Positions 6,564 to 16,255 of a stretch of DNA of 58,413 bases are shown here, in pieces. The stretch is taken from assembly GCA_016788185.1 (NCBI GenBank), contig JAEUTF010000197.1, forward strand, positions 1-58,413, written 5' to 3'. Source of the DNA: Bacteroidia bacterium (GTDB lineage Bacteria > Bacteroidota > Bacteroidia > AKYH767-A > OLB10). The stretch's first letter is position 1; every line of letters begins with the position of its first letter. The notes under the pieces were generated by a model that was given only the letters and a program-made list of their open reading frames with translations, was not told the DNA's origin and did not search any database. Both the position numbers and the translations under genes were made by a program.

Positions 6564-9482
6564 ATGAAAAAAATCTTAACTCTACTTTACCTGGTATTCA
6601 TGGCTCAGGTCCTGATGGCCCATGGTGACCTCCATGGCGATCACGACCCGGCGCTGAAGCGCTTTATGAATGACAGTAAAACCCCGCTTGACCAGGCATT
6701 TCAACAACAATTAAGGAGCCAGTCCGGCTGGCAGCAGTTCCTTCAAAACAACAGCAACTGGTGGGTACAGTTCAATGAAACCAATCAGAAGCCGCACCGG
6801 GCATTCGGGACTCCGATTTCACTGAACATCAACACCAATCCCGCTGCCGCTGCCTTGTATTTCTTAAACAATTACGTAAAAGATTACCTGCCCGGCCATG
6901 TGCAACTGGAGTATATTTCAGCCCCGGTATCCAGGAAATACATACAGCCGAATTTCATTCAGAAATACAACAACCTGGAAGTACTCTGGAGTCGTGCAAC
7001 CGTTAAAATGACCCCGGATTACAAGGTGGTCATGTATGGACTTGATGTTTATGATGACATTGCCATATCCACCGTACCCAGCATTTCAGAAACGCAGGCT
7101 ATTGTGGCTGCCACCGCCGGACTACCATCGGTGATCACGGGTGTGGAACTTGACCCTTCTCTTAAAATTCTTCCAGTCCCCTCCTACCGTAAAAACAATT
7201 ACCACCTCGTTTATGCTTTAAAAGTGCGTACTTCAGGCGACGGACAAACACCAGACGAATATTATACCCTGGTGGACGCCAAAGATGGTAAAGTGTTGTA
7301 CCGTCAGGACCGCATTGTCAGCATCGTCAGTTCCGATGTCACTGTAAATGCCACGGTGTACCCGACTCACCCCTACAATCCGACCAGCATTGTGAACCTG
7401 CCCTACCTGCAAATCAATGTGGGCGGCACCAATTACAATACCGATGTCAATGGTTTTATCAATTTCCCGAATACATCGACCTTCAACGGGACTTTTACCC
7501 TTCAGGGACCCTGGGCCGAAGTATACACCGGCGCCAATGGAACCACCCTGCAGAGTTTTACGGCCGCACTGGATCCCGGAACGAATACCATCAGCTTTGA
7601 TAATAATTCAACCATACGTCACCTTTCCGCGTACTATCATACCAATGTAGTACACGATTTTATGAAAAACTACCTAAGCAACTTTTCAGGTCTTGATTTC
7701 CCGATTTCCGTAAAAGTGGAAAGGACGGACGGCACCTGCAATGCCTTTTATGACGGAGGTCTTAACTTCTACACGACCGCAGGCGGCTGTTACGCATTGA
7801 GTATGGTGGCGGATGTGGTGTACCACGAATATGGCCATGGCATCACCAATGTTTTCTGGGATGACAATGGTCTTAATTTCAGCAACGGGGCCATGGGTGA
7901 AGGCTATTCCGATGTATGGGCCATTGCCATCACCGGCAATCCCGTTCTTGGCATAGGCTTCAGCGATACCGATCCGACCTCCTCCGTGAGGGATTATGAT
8001 TTTAACAACAATGTTTCACGCAAGGTGTACCCTCAGAACATCGTGGGCGAAGTACATGCAGACGGTGAAATCATCGCCGGTGCATGGTGGTCCACGTCCC
8101 TGTTGCTGGGCTCACTTCCCCTGATGACGGACATTTTCACTGAATCCCATTATGGACTTGCCAACGGCCCGGACGGCGCCGAAGGGCAGGTTTACACCGA
8201 CATCCTCATTGACGCCCTTCAGGCAGATGACAACGATGCCAATCTCAGCAACGGCACCCCGAATGCAGGACCGATATCGCAGGCTTTCGCCCTGCATGGC
8301 ATTACCCTGCTTTCCAATGCGAACTTAAACCACACTCCGGTGACTGCCTCCGCCGCCAATACCGCCATCACCTTGAATGCGAATCTCAGCAATGTTCAGT
8401 TCGCCTGGGCGCTGTCCGGAGTAAAAGGAGCTTACCGCATCAACAACAGCACCAGCTGGACCCCCTTTACAATGACCAATACCACCGGCACGAATTATAC
8501 CACTACCATTCCGGGTCAGGTTGACGGTACGGTAATTGCCTACTACATCGGTATTGAAGACGTAAACGGAACGCTCAGCAATGTTCAGCCCATTGCAGCC
8601 AATGTGACGGCCAATCCGAACATCCCCTATTTCATCATGGTAGGCTTCAATAAAATCTTTACCGATGATTTTGACAACACGGCTGGCTCCTGGCTGGAAG
8701 GGTTACCTACCGATGGAGCCACTACCGGTATGTGGGAACAGACGCTGCCTGAACAAACCAACGTGAACGGAACCACGGTACAGCCAAATACTCAGATTAC
8801 TCCCGGAGGTATCGTTTGTTATGTGACCGGAGGAACGGCCGGCACCGGTGCCGGATCTTTTGATGTCGACGGCGGAGCTACCACCATCACTTCACCCACA
8901 TATGATCTAAGCGGCTATCTGAATCCTGCGTTTGAATATTTCCGTTGGTACACCAATGATCAGGGCGCCACACCGGGAACAGATTTCTGGCAGGTGTATA
9001 TTTCCGGAGACGGGATCAATTATATCCCGGTAGAAAACACCAATGTTTCGGATCACAGCTGGAGGAGGTTTGTATTCCGTGTGAATGATTACCTGAGCCC
9101 GGGATCTACCACCTTCACGGTGCGCTTTGTAGCTGAGGATGCCAATGACGGAAGTCTGATTGAAGCATTGATGGATGAATTTTCGCTCTATGATGCCCTT
9201 ACCACTTCCATCGATGAGCCATCCGGATTCACCGCTCTTAACGCCTGGCCCAATCCTGCCAGTGAAGTACTACAGGTATCCTGTGTGCTGAAGAACACCG
9301 CCGCCGTTCAGTTGAACATTTCCAATCAGTTGGGACAAGTGGTGTATTCAGAACAGCTGAAATTAAATGCCGGAAAAAACGATCTTAGCATTCCGATCCG
9401 CGAACTTTCAAATGGAATTTATCAGTTGAATTTTATCGGGCAAAACAGCAACAAAAACATCAAATTCACGGTGATTCATTGA
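6564..9482 (+). CDS. secreted zinc metalloprotease (M36/fungalysin-like HEXXH) with T9SS C-terminal sorting domain
   Basis: Signal peptide MKKILTLLYLVFMAQVLMA. VVYHEYGHGITN (HEXXH) with downstream GEGYSDVWA. C-terminal WPNPASEVLQV, NGIYQLNF and KFTVIH form a type-A T9SS CTD. ATG 6564 lies 18 nt after the -7 box at 6538-6545. Confidence 0.8.
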   Translation: MKKILTLLYLVFMAQVLMAHGDLHGDHDPALKRFMNDSKTPLDQAFQQQLRSQSGWQQFLQNNSNWWVQFNETNQKPHRAFGTPISLNINTNPAAAALYFLNNYVKDYLPGHVQLEYISAPVSRKYIQPNFIQKYNNLEVLWSRATVKMTPDYKVVMYGLDVYDDIAISTVPSISETQAIVAATAGLPSVITGVELDPSLKILPVPSYRKNNYHLVYALKVRTSGDGQTPDEYYTLVDAKDGKVLYRQDRIVSIVSSDVTVNATVYPTHPYNPTSIVNLPYLQINVGGTNYNTDVNGFINFPNTSTFNGTFTLQGPWAEVYTGANGTTLQSFTAALDPGTNTISFDNNSTIRHLSAYYHTNVVHDFMKNYLSNFSGLDFPISVKVERTDGTCNAFYDGGLNFYTTAGGCYALSMVADVVYHEYGHGITNVFWDDNGLNFSNGAMGEGYSDVWAIAITGNPVLGIGFSDTDPTSSVRDYDFNNNVSRKVYPQNIVGEVHADGEIIAGAWWSTSLLLGSLPLMTDIFTESHYGLANGPDGAEGQVYTDILIDALQADDNDANLSNGTPNAGPISQAFALHGITLLSNANLNHTPVTASAANTAITLNANLSNVQFAWALSGVKGAYRINNSTSWTPFTMTNTTGTNYTTTIPGQVDGTVIAYYIGIEDVNGTLSNVQPIAANVTANPNIPYFIMVGFNKIFTDDFDNTAGSWLEGLPTDGATTGMWEQTLPEQTNVNGTTVQPNTQITPGGIVCYVTGGTAGTGAGSFDVDGGATTITSPTYDLSGYLNPAFEYFRWYTNDQGATPGTDFWQVYISGDGINYIPVENTNVSDHSWRRFVFRVNDYLSPGSTTFTVRFVAEDANDGSLIEALMDEFSLYDALTTSIDEPSGFTALNAWPNPASEVLQVSCVLKNTAAVQLNISNQLGQVVYSEQLKLNAGKNDLSIPIRELSNGIYQLNFIGQNSNKNIKFTVIH

Positions 9483-9503
9483 TCACACCGGCCTTTGAAA
9501 AAA

Positions 9504-9534
9504 ACCCTGCGTTCAGAAAACGCGGGGTTTTTTA
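9504..9534. terminator. bidirectional terminator between convergent metalloprotease and GNAT genes
   Basis: 10-bp stem ACCCTGCGTT / AACGCGGGGT, flanked by an A-run upstream and a T-run downstream. Confidence 0.8.
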
Positions 9535-9969
9535 TTTCAGACTGATTGCAAAATGATGGCTGGTGATGTTAAAGCCATAACCCAGATACAGCCGATGTGC
9601 TTCGTAACGATTGGGGCCGCAACCGGAATCCAAATGCACCTCCTGGCAATGCGCACTGCGGGCGATGCGCAACACTTCATCCAGCAATTGCCTGGCATAC
9701 CCCCTTTTCCTGAAACCGGGCAATGTACTCAGGTCATCAATGTAGACAGCCTTCCCCCAATGAAGATGCTCGGTAAACCGATAACCGATGGCGGCGACAG
9801 CACGACCCTGGTCCTCGGCATACAAGAGATGATAACCTCTTTGCATCATTCCTCCTACGATTACGGTGATATTTTTCTCGTTTAACTGGGGCCGGAGTGC
9901 CTGCATCACCTCACTTACCTTAAGTAATTCCTCAGGACTTTCCACTTTTTTAATCATGGACATTTTCAT
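9532..9969 (-). CDS. GNAT family N-acetyltransferase
   Basis: Acetyl-CoA-binding segment LPGFRKRGYARQLLDEV in a GNAT-like fold layout. Start moved to ATG 9969 (MKMSMIKK), which has a -7 box 11 nt upstream (9981-9988). Confidence 0.8.
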   Translation of the reverse strand: MKMSMIKKVESPEELLKVSEVMQALRPQLNEKNITVIVGGMMQRGYHLLYAEDQGRAVAAIGYRFTEHLHWGKAVYIDDLSTLPGFRKRGYARQLLDEVLRIARSAHCQEVHLDSGCGPNRYEAHRLYLGYGFNITSHHFAISLK

Positions 9970-9980
9970 ATTAATACATT

Positions 9981-9988
9981 CAAATTTA
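9981..9988 (-). promoter_or_regulatory. -7 box TAAATTTG upstream of the GNAT gene
   Basis: Matches TAnnTTTG on the minus strand, 11 nt before ATG 9969. Confidence 0.5.
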
Positions 9989-10090
9989 GCTATTTCCCCA
10001 TACTTCAGGTTTCCCCGCGGAATGAAGACCAAATGAACCTCTCCCGCTCTGGTATATCCTTTGTAATTTGGTCGCCTAAAGTTTCATTTT

Positions 10091-12427
10091 ATGAAAAAAC
10101 AATTGCTGTTCCCCGTATTCGCCTTCCTTGCTTTTTATCATGCTTCCGCACAAAACAATTTTATCAGTGAATACAGGTTCAATCAGAAAATAATCATTGC
10201 AGACGGTAGTCCATCCTCGCCGGATGCATACCCCTATATTAAAGACCTTGCCGAAGGAAATGGCAAATCACCCCGCTCCACCTCCTTTACCATTGAATTC
10301 GAACAGGTATTGAATGTAATAACCAGGGAGCCCAGATTTGTCTATAAAATTGAATCCGGAGCCCTGCGTCTTAAAGGAGATATTCGTTATAAGGGATTCG
10401 ATGTTAGCGAATATCTCCTGCCCGCTGAGTTGAAGTTCAGTTTGCGTCAGAAAAACAGGAATGGCTCTTTTCGGGACTTCCCCCTTACGGTTGCTGTAGA
10501 AAATGGCAGGCCTGAAAAAGCCAGTCATAACGATCCTGATTCAACCGGAACAGGTTTCACCAACTATGAACTCGTGAATCATGTTTTCAGATTCCGAAGC
10601 AACAATGCTTTTGAAGCAAGGATTAAAAGGATTAACGAATATTATTCAGCAACGCAATCTCTTGACCGGGGCTATCTCCTGCTGCAGACGGTTTATCCCG
10701 GCAACGTGGAAAATTTCAGAAACAACCAGCGAAACCTGCTGGAAGCGGAAAGGGTGCTGCGGAGCACCGAACAAATGCAGTTTGAATCCGACCTGCCCCT
10801 TGGGGTCCAAGATCCTGCCAAACTGAAAGAAAAAATCAGCATCTACAGGAACCTCCTTGCACAAAAGAGGATAGAGATGGATCACATCTGGAGTACCCTG
10901 CATCTCACCTTTTTTGACAAGGGAATGTACTTTCTCCAAAGAAACAACATGGGCAGAGCCCAGGAGTATCTGATCTGGTCGCTGGAAGTCAACCCGCTTT
11001 TCGCTCCGGCCCTCCTGCAACTCGCAGAAATTGATTTTCGAAGGGGCGACTTGCATGAATCCACCTGCAAAGCGGATGACATACTTTACAACATGCCGGT
11101 TGATCCTGAAACCCGATCCTTGACCATTGACCTGCTGAGCGATGTGTACGCGGCCTATCTTGAAAGGGGTAAATCGCAATACAAACGCAGGAATTTCAAA
11201 AAAGCATTGGATGAGTATGAATCAGCTGGAATGATCTGTGAAAAATACAACCGGGTTCCATGTACTGAAGCTCTTTATAACGGCATCAGGGAGGTGAAAC
11301 TGGCTATTTACAAGGAGTTTCTGGATGAGGCCAGAGACTTTCTGGTCCTCAACGATTTTGACAGAGCGGAAGATGCCACGGAAGCAGCCATACGTTTTCA
11401 GCAGGAAAACAGAAAATACATTGCAGACGGACAGGAGGGCCAGGCCGTCCTGAAGGGGATTCAGCAGAAGAGGTATGATTACTCGGTGATGAAAGCCAGA
11501 AAACTCAGCGATCAGAAAATGTACGATGCCGCCCTGGCTGAATTCGGATACAGCGACAGCTTATTAAGCACACACCAGCTGCTGGAAGCCAGAGATATCC
11601 GAAGCGCCATCGTGAATGCTGCAAAACCACGCGCCTTCGAATTGTTGTACGAAGGGGAAGCCTACGTTAAATCCAATCAGTTGCCATCTGCCCGCGACCG
11701 CTATAAGCGGGCCGGTGAATTGATGTCGCGCCACGGAATGAACGGGGATAAGGATCTGCAGCGGGTCAGTGAATCCTTGCGCAAATCAATATTCACACAG
11801 CAATGCCTCAATGCCCAGGCCGCCTTTGATTCGCTCTATAATGTCGGGCAGGATTCAGAACCCGACGGAAATTACCAGGAGGCGGATAAAGCCTATGAAA
11901 AAGCGCTCGGGGTGGCGGCAGCAAACAAGGACTGTGAGATTTTCACCGACAGTGTGCAAAGTGCCCGGATGGGCATACGCCCGGCTGTTACCTTTCTGGA
12001 CCTGATGGATCAGGTGAAAGCGGATCAGCAGAATGGCCGTTACCAGGCCGCGATTGATCATTTTCAGGATGCCTCCAGATATTTCCAGGAACGAAAAGTG
12101 TCCGCATTCGGGATTTTGCATGATCCGGACCTTTACCGCTTCATTCGTGAAAAGGGCAACGGAGGACTCATCAGCTACGCCGGCGACTGGTACCGTGAAC
12201 GTGGCGAACTCGAGTCTTCCCTGAACCTGTATAAATTGCTGCTGAGCAGAAACTACGATGCCAGGATGCTCGAAGGTTCCCTTTACAAACTGGGGATGCG
12301 ATTCGGGGAAAGAGACCAAAAACTCAATCCGGGCAGTTCCTGGAAGCTTCTTGTAAAAGAATACACCGGAGGGGAAAAGAAAATGCGAAAATTCAGTAAA
12401 GGGTTTAAGGCGGGTTTTAAAAAGTGA
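10091..12427 (+). CDS. secreted TPR-like repeat protein, function unknown
   Basis: Signal peptide MKKQLLFPVFAFLAFYHASAQ. The C-terminal two thirds is a long helical-repeat region (RRGD-type TPR-like segments, e.g. YLIWSLEVNPLFAPALLQLAEIDFRRGD). Confidence 0.7.
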   Translation: MKKQLLFPVFAFLAFYHASAQNNFISEYRFNQKIIIADGSPSSPDAYPYIKDLAEGNGKSPRSTSFTIEFEQVLNVITREPRFVYKIESGALRLKGDIRYKGFDVSEYLLPAELKFSLRQKNRNGSFRDFPLTVAVENGRPEKASHNDPDSTGTGFTNYELVNHVFRFRSNNAFEARIKRINEYYSATQSLDRGYLLLQTVYPGNVENFRNNQRNLLEAERVLRSTEQMQFESDLPLGVQDPAKLKEKISIYRNLLAQKRIEMDHIWSTLHLTFFDKGMYFLQRNNMGRAQEYLIWSLEVNPLFAPALLQLAEIDFRRGDLHESTCKADDILYNMPVDPETRSLTIDLLSDVYAAYLERGKSQYKRRNFKKALDEYESAGMICEKYNRVPCTEALYNGIREVKLAIYKEFLDEARDFLVLNDFDRAEDATEAAIRFQQENRKYIADGQEGQAVLKGIQQKRYDYSVMKARKLSDQKMYDAALAEFGYSDSLLSTHQLLEARDIRSAIVNAAKPRAFELLYEGEAYVKSNQLPSARDRYKRAGELMSRHGMNGDKDLQRVSESLRKSIFTQQCLNAQAAFDSLYNVGQDSEPDGNYQEADKAYEKALGVAAANKDCEIFTDSVQSARMGIRPAVTFLDLMDQVKADQQNGRYQAAIDHFQDASRYFQERKVSAFGILHDPDLYRFIREKGNGGLISYAGDWYRERGELESSLNLYKLLLSRNYDARMLEGSLYKLGMRFGERDQKLNPGSSWKLLVKEYTGGEKKMRKFSKGFKAGFKK

Positions 12428-12523
12428 GAGCGGCGATATTTTATGCTGACCGGATTTAAAAGCAATACACGGGTACAGACCCGTTAGCACAGTGCTTTTT
12501 CATTCCTGCACGTTTTAAAATAA

Positions 12524-12560
12524 AAACAGGCTGTCCGAAACATGTTCCGACAGCCTGTTT
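12524..12560. terminator. bidirectional terminator between convergent TPR-like and fsa genes
   Basis: 12-bp perfect stem AAACAGGCTGTC / GACAGCCTGTTT. The A/T-rich flanks are part of the stem. Confidence 0.75.
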
Positions 12561-12568
12561 CATGAAAA

Positions 12569-13231
12569 CTATTTTGTTTTTGTTTTAGAGGCGTCGGCCA
12601 GGAATTTAGCCAGTCCGGAATCGGTAAGCGGATGTTTCAGGAGGTCCAGGATTGGCTGTAAGGGACAGGTAGCCACATCGGCACCGAGTTCAGCACATTT
12701 GATGATGTGCAGGGTGTGCCGGATGGAAGCAGCCAGTACCTGGGTATCGTAACCATAGGTCCGGTAAATATGTACAATTTGCTCGATCAGATCCAGTCCG
12801 TCGGTGGAGATGTCATCCAGCCTTCCAATAAAAGGCGACACATAGGTAGCCCCGGCCTTGGCAGCCAGCAAGGCCTGTCCGGCTGAAAAAACGAGTGTAC
12901 AGTTGGTTTTTATTCCTTTCTGGGAAAAATAACGGATGGCTTTTACCCCTTCCTTGATCATGGGAACTTTTACCACGATCTGCGGGTGCAATTCGGCGAG
13001 TTCCTCCCCTTCTTTGATGATGCCGTCAAAATCCGTCGCAATCACTTCAGCACTCACATCTCCACCACGGGCGATGTTGCAAATATCCACGTAGTGCTTC
13101 AGAATGTTGTTCTTGCCTTTGATGCCTTCCTTTGCCATCAAAGAAGGATTGGTGGTGACCCCATCCAGCACTCCAAGATCATAGGCTTCGCGGATCTGGT
13201 CTAGATTCGCCGTATCGATAAAGAATTTCAT
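12569..13231 (-). CDS. fsa: fructose-6-phosphate aldolase / short transaldolase family
   Basis: 220 aa. [24 protein letters not shown], Schiff-base Lys context IVVKVP, and SPFIGRLDD. Confidence 0.92.
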   Translation of the reverse strand: MKFFIDTANLDQIREAYDLGVLDGVTTNPSLMAKEGIKGKNNILKHYVDICNIARGGDVSAEVIATDFDGIIKEGEELAELHPQIVVKVPMIKEGVKAIRYFSQKGIKTNCTLVFSAGQALLAAKAGATYVSPFIGRLDDISTDGLDLIEQIVHIYRTYGYDTQVLAASIRHTLHIIKCAELGADVATCPLQPILDLLKHPLTDSGLAKFLADASKTKTK

Positions 13232-13250
13232 AAATAGTATAGAATTTGCG

Positions 13251-13258
13251 CAAAGCTA
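13251..13258 (-). promoter_or_regulatory. -7 box TAGCTTTG upstream of fsa
   Basis: Matches TAnnTTTG on the minus strand, 19 nt before ATG 13231. Confidence 0.55.
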
Positions 13259-13315
13259 CTTAGCAATTGCTTTCGAATTTCATTTGTTAAAAACTGTGAT
13301 TCCGTTCAGATTGTC

Positions 13316-13323
13316 TATATTTG
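13316..13323 (+). promoter_or_regulatory. -7 box TATATTTG upstream of the SRP RNA
   Basis: Matches TAnnTTTG. It ends 2-6 nt before the first base of the SRP RNA terminal helix. Confidence 0.6.
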
Positions 13324-13325
13324 CA

Positions 13326-13424
13326 GTGGGTAAGTCTTATACGACCAGCTCCTATGAACCTCCCCAGGGCCGGAAGGCAGCAAGGATAAGTGGTTGAGCG
13401 GTGCGATGTAAGTAGCTTACCCAT
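13326..13424 (+). ncRNA. ffs: signal recognition particle RNA (small bacterial 4.5S type)
   Basis: Domain IV hallmark CCAGGGCC-GGAA-GGCAGCAAGG (GNRA tetraloop plus conserved AGCA loop). The terminal helix pairs GGGTAAG (13328-13334) with CTTACCC (13416-13422). A T-run follows directly, and the -7 box TATATTTG lies at 13316-13323. Ends are accurate to a few nt. Confidence 0.8.
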
Positions 13425-13499
13425 TTTTTTTGCTTTTTTCTGTCGATTTCTTAAAGATTTGACCTGAAAATCAATTTTTTCCGAAATACATTTTCAATT

Positions 13500-13507
13500 A
13501 AATTTGC
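13500..13507 (+). promoter_or_regulatory. -7 box TAAATTTG upstream of the DUF4199 gene
   Basis: Matches TAnnTTTG, 4 nt before ATG 13512. A leaderless transcript is predicted. Confidence 0.5.
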
Positions 13508-13511
13508 GGAA

Positions 13512-14048
13512 ATGCATTCCCCCCCTGTCTTAAAAACAGCCCTTAACTACGGCGCCCTCAGCGGCATAGGTAGTTTTGTTGTTTTCCTGATTCTTTATTG
13601 GATGAACATGAACCCTCTGGGACCCGCCTCCTGGATGGGAGCCTGGGTACCTGTGCTCTTCATGGTTCTGGCCACCAGGCATTACCGCAATTATGAGAAC
13701 GGTGGATTTTTAAGGTACTGGCAGGGATTCCGGATTGGTTTCCTGACCGCCTCTGCCGGCGCGGTTTTGTTCGGATCACTAACCTGGCTTTTTGTTACCC
13801 TTTTTGATGCAGAAGTTCTGGAACGTTACAAACAGGAAAGTTTACAAGCCCTTGAACTAACCGAGGGAATCATGAAATCTATGGTCGGGGAATCCGCTTT
13901 TGAGCAGTCGGTAGAAAGTATCACCAACCTTGAAATCGGTGACGTGGTATCCTCCGACATCTTCAATAAAGTGCTCGGTGGTATCTTGAGTGGATTCATT
14001 ACAGCGGCCTTTCTACGGCGGGAACCTAACTTTCAAAACGAAGAATGA
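13512..14048 (+). CDS. DUF4199 family membrane protein
   Basis: 178 aa with 4 predicted TM segments. N-terminus LKTALNYGALSGIGSFVVFLILYW is typical of DUF4199. Its stop overlaps the next start (ATGA). Confidence 0.75.
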   Translation: MHSPPVLKTALNYGALSGIGSFVVFLILYWMNMNPLGPASWMGAWVPVLFMVLATRHYRNYENGGFLRYWQGFRIGFLTASAGAVLFGSLTWLFVTLFDAEVLERYKQESLQALELTEGIMKSMVGESAFEQSVESITNLEIGDVVSSDIFNKVLGGILSGFITAAFLRREPNFQNEE

Positions 14049-15016
14049 ACGATAAAAATATTGATGTTTCCATAGTCATTCCGCTTTTCAATGAGGCAGA
14101 GTCACTGCCCGAATTAAGTACCTGGATCGACCGCGTTCTGGCACAGGAAAACCTGAGCTACGAAGTGATCCTGGTTGACGACGGCAGCAAGGATCGTTCC
14201 TGGGAAGTGGTCAAAGCACTTTGCAGTAAAAACAGGGCCTACAAGGGAATCAGATTCAGAAGAAATTACGGCAAGTCGGCGGCTTTGCAAAAGGGATTTG
14301 AAACGGCCTCCGGAAGGGTGATTATCACCATGGATGCCGATCTGCAGGATAGCCCGGATGAGATACCGGATCTTTATAAAATGATCGTCAATGAAGGCTA
14401 TGACCTGGTTTCCGGTTGGAAGCAAAAGCGGTATGATCCCATCAGTAAAACCATACCCAGTAAATTTTTCAATTGGGCCACCCGCAAGATGTCCGGTATC
14501 CACAACCTTCATGATTTCAACTGCGGCCTTAAATCCTACCGGGCGGAAGTGGTGAAGAGCATCGAAGTATACGGAGAAATGCACCGTTACATCCCGGTCA
14601 TCGCCAAATGGGCCGGGTTCAATAAAATCACTGAAAAAGCGGTTGAGCACCGGGCCCGTAAATACGGCAGCACCAAATTCGGACTTGAACGGTTCATCAA
14701 CGGCTTTCTCGACTTGTTATCCATCACCTTTGTTTCCCGCTTTGGAAAAAGGCCGATGCACCTCTTTGGCACGCTTGGTACAATCATGTTTATGCTCGGC
14801 TTTGTATTGGCCGCCTATCTTGGTGCAAGTAAACTATGGTCAGTGTACCACAACGAATACGCCCGGCTCATCACCAACCGGCCCTCCTTCTATATTGCCC
14901 TGACGTCCATGATTATCGGTACCCAGCTCTTTCTTGCAGGTTTCATCAGCGAACTGGTTGGCAGGAACAGCAATGAAAGAAATCATTACTTAATCGAATC
15001 AAAAGAAAATTGCTGA
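14045..15016 (+). CDS. family 2 glycosyltransferase, polyprenyl-phosphate sugar synthase architecture
   Basis: VSIVIPLFNEAESL, DDGSKD and the DADLQD (DxD) motif. Two C-terminal TM helices, as in DPM1/GtrB/ArnC-type enzymes. Confidence 0.88.
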   Translation: MNDKNIDVSIVIPLFNEAESLPELSTWIDRVLAQENLSYEVILVDDGSKDRSWEVVKALCSKNRAYKGIRFRRNYGKSAALQKGFETASGRVIITMDADLQDSPDEIPDLYKMIVNEGYDLVSGWKQKRYDPISKTIPSKFFNWATRKMSGIHNLHDFNCGLKSYRAEVVKSIEVYGEMHRYIPVIAKWAGFNKITEKAVEHRARKYGSTKFGLERFINGFLDLLSITFVSRFGKRPMHLFGTLGTIMFMLGFVLAAYLGASKLWSVYHNEYARLITNRPSFYIALTSMIIGTQLFLAGFISELVGRNSNERNHYLIESKENC

Positions 15017-15030
15017 GCCACCCTACCCGG

Positions 15031-15038
15031 TAGCTTTG
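15031..15038 (+). promoter_or_regulatory. -7 box TAGCTTTG upstream of the GT4 gene
   Basis: Matches TAnnTTTG, 15 nt before ATG 15054. It sits in the 37-nt gap after the GT2 gene. Confidence 0.5.
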
Positions 15039-15053
15039 GTGAACAGCAGCCCC

Positions 15054-16187
15054 ATGCAGATTTCTTCACGGAAACACATCGTTATTGCCGGTCCCGCCCA
15101 TCCGCTCCGGGGTGGTATCGCTGCCTTTAACGAGCGCCTGGCCAGAGCCCTGCAGGATGAAGGACACCGGGTGAGCATTTACACCTTCAAATTTCAGTAT
15201 CCGGCATTTCTCTTTCCCGGAAAAACCCAGTATTCCACCGACCCTGCGCCTTCTGAACTGGACATCCGGGTGAAAATTCACTCGATGAATCCTTTTAACT
15301 GGTACCAGGTTGGAAGGGAATTAAAGCATCTCCGCCCCGACCATTTGATTTTGAGATTCTGGATCCCCTTTATTTCGCCCAGCCTTGGAAAAATCGGACG
15401 TATCGTAAAGTCCAACCACCATACAAGAATCACCGGTCTGCTCGACAATGTGATACCCCATGAAAAACGTCCGGGTGACGATTTGCTGATCCGCTATTTT
15501 ATTAATTCCTGTGACGACTTTTTATCCATGTCACATCAGGTGACAAAAGACCTGAGAAGTTTTTCGGAAAAGCCATGCCGTTATAGTCCGCACCCTGTTT
15601 ATGATCAATACGGTGAACAGGTCGGTAAAAAGGAAGCCTGTGAAAAACTGGGACTTGATCCTGACGGGGAATACCTGCTGTTTTTCGGTCTGGTGAGAAA
15701 GTACAAAGGACTCGACCTGCTCCTGGAAGCTTTTGCCGCTACGCACCTGGCAAAAAGCAAATTCAAACTATTGGTGGCCGGAGAATTTTATGAGGATCCG
15801 TCCATGTACAATGCCATTATCGAAAAGTATCAGTTGCAGAACAGGGTTATTCTGCACTCTCACTTCATTCCGGATCACGAAGTGAAATACTACTTCAGCG
15901 CTTCCAGCCTGGTGGCTCAGACTTATCGCAGCGCCACACAAAGCGGCATTTCACAACTGGCCTTTCAGTTTGAAAAGCCGATGCTGGTCACCAATGTCGG
16001 CGGGCTGGGCGAAATCATTGTCGATGGAAAAACAGGATTTGTAACCGACATTGAAACGGAAAAAATCCGGGCTGCGCTTGACCTTTATTCTAAAGAAGGT
16101 TTGCCTGCCGGATTCACTGAAGCAATTGCTGCCGAAAAGAAAAAGTACAGTTGGACCAGCTTTGTAAGTACATTAATAAACAACTGA
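15054..16187 (+). CDS. family 4 (GT-B) glycosyltransferase
   Basis: C-terminal GT-B signature (VAGEFYED, GLGEIIVDGKTGF). ATG 15054 was chosen because the track start TTG 15036 lies inside the -7 box TAGCTTTG (15031-15038). Confidence 0.85.
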   Translation: MQISSRKHIVIAGPAHPLRGGIAAFNERLARALQDEGHRVSIYTFKFQYPAFLFPGKTQYSTDPAPSELDIRVKIHSMNPFNWYQVGRELKHLRPDHLILRFWIPFISPSLGKIGRIVKSNHHTRITGLLDNVIPHEKRPGDDLLIRYFINSCDDFLSMSHQVTKDLRSFSEKPCRYSPHPVYDQYGEQVGKKEACEKLGLDPDGEYLLFFGLVRKYKGLDLLLEAFAATHLAKSKFKLLVAGEFYEDPSMYNAIIEKYQLQNRVILHSHFIPDHEVKYYFSASSLVAQTYRSATQSGISQLAFQFEKPMLVTNVGGLGEIIVDGKTGFVTDIETEKIRAALDLYSKEGLPAGFTEAIAAEKKKYSWTSFVSTLINN

Positions 16188-16240
16188 AAACCAATGAGAA
16201 TTAACATGTATCCCGCCCATCGCAAATGCGGCGGCTCACG

Positions 16241-16248
16241 TATCTTTG
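16241..16248 (+). promoter_or_regulatory. -7 box TATCTTTG upstream of gmhA
   Basis: Matches TAnnTTTG, 7 nt before ATG 16256. Confidence 0.5.
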
Positions 16249-16255
16249 CATCGCC

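Noticed and set aside
10646-12490. Long minus-strand ORFs (177 aa, 211 aa and others) inside the 778-aa TPR-like gene.
   Set aside because: These are shadow ORFs typical of this GC range. They have no start-site signals and overlap a continuous 778-aa frame that has a signal peptide.
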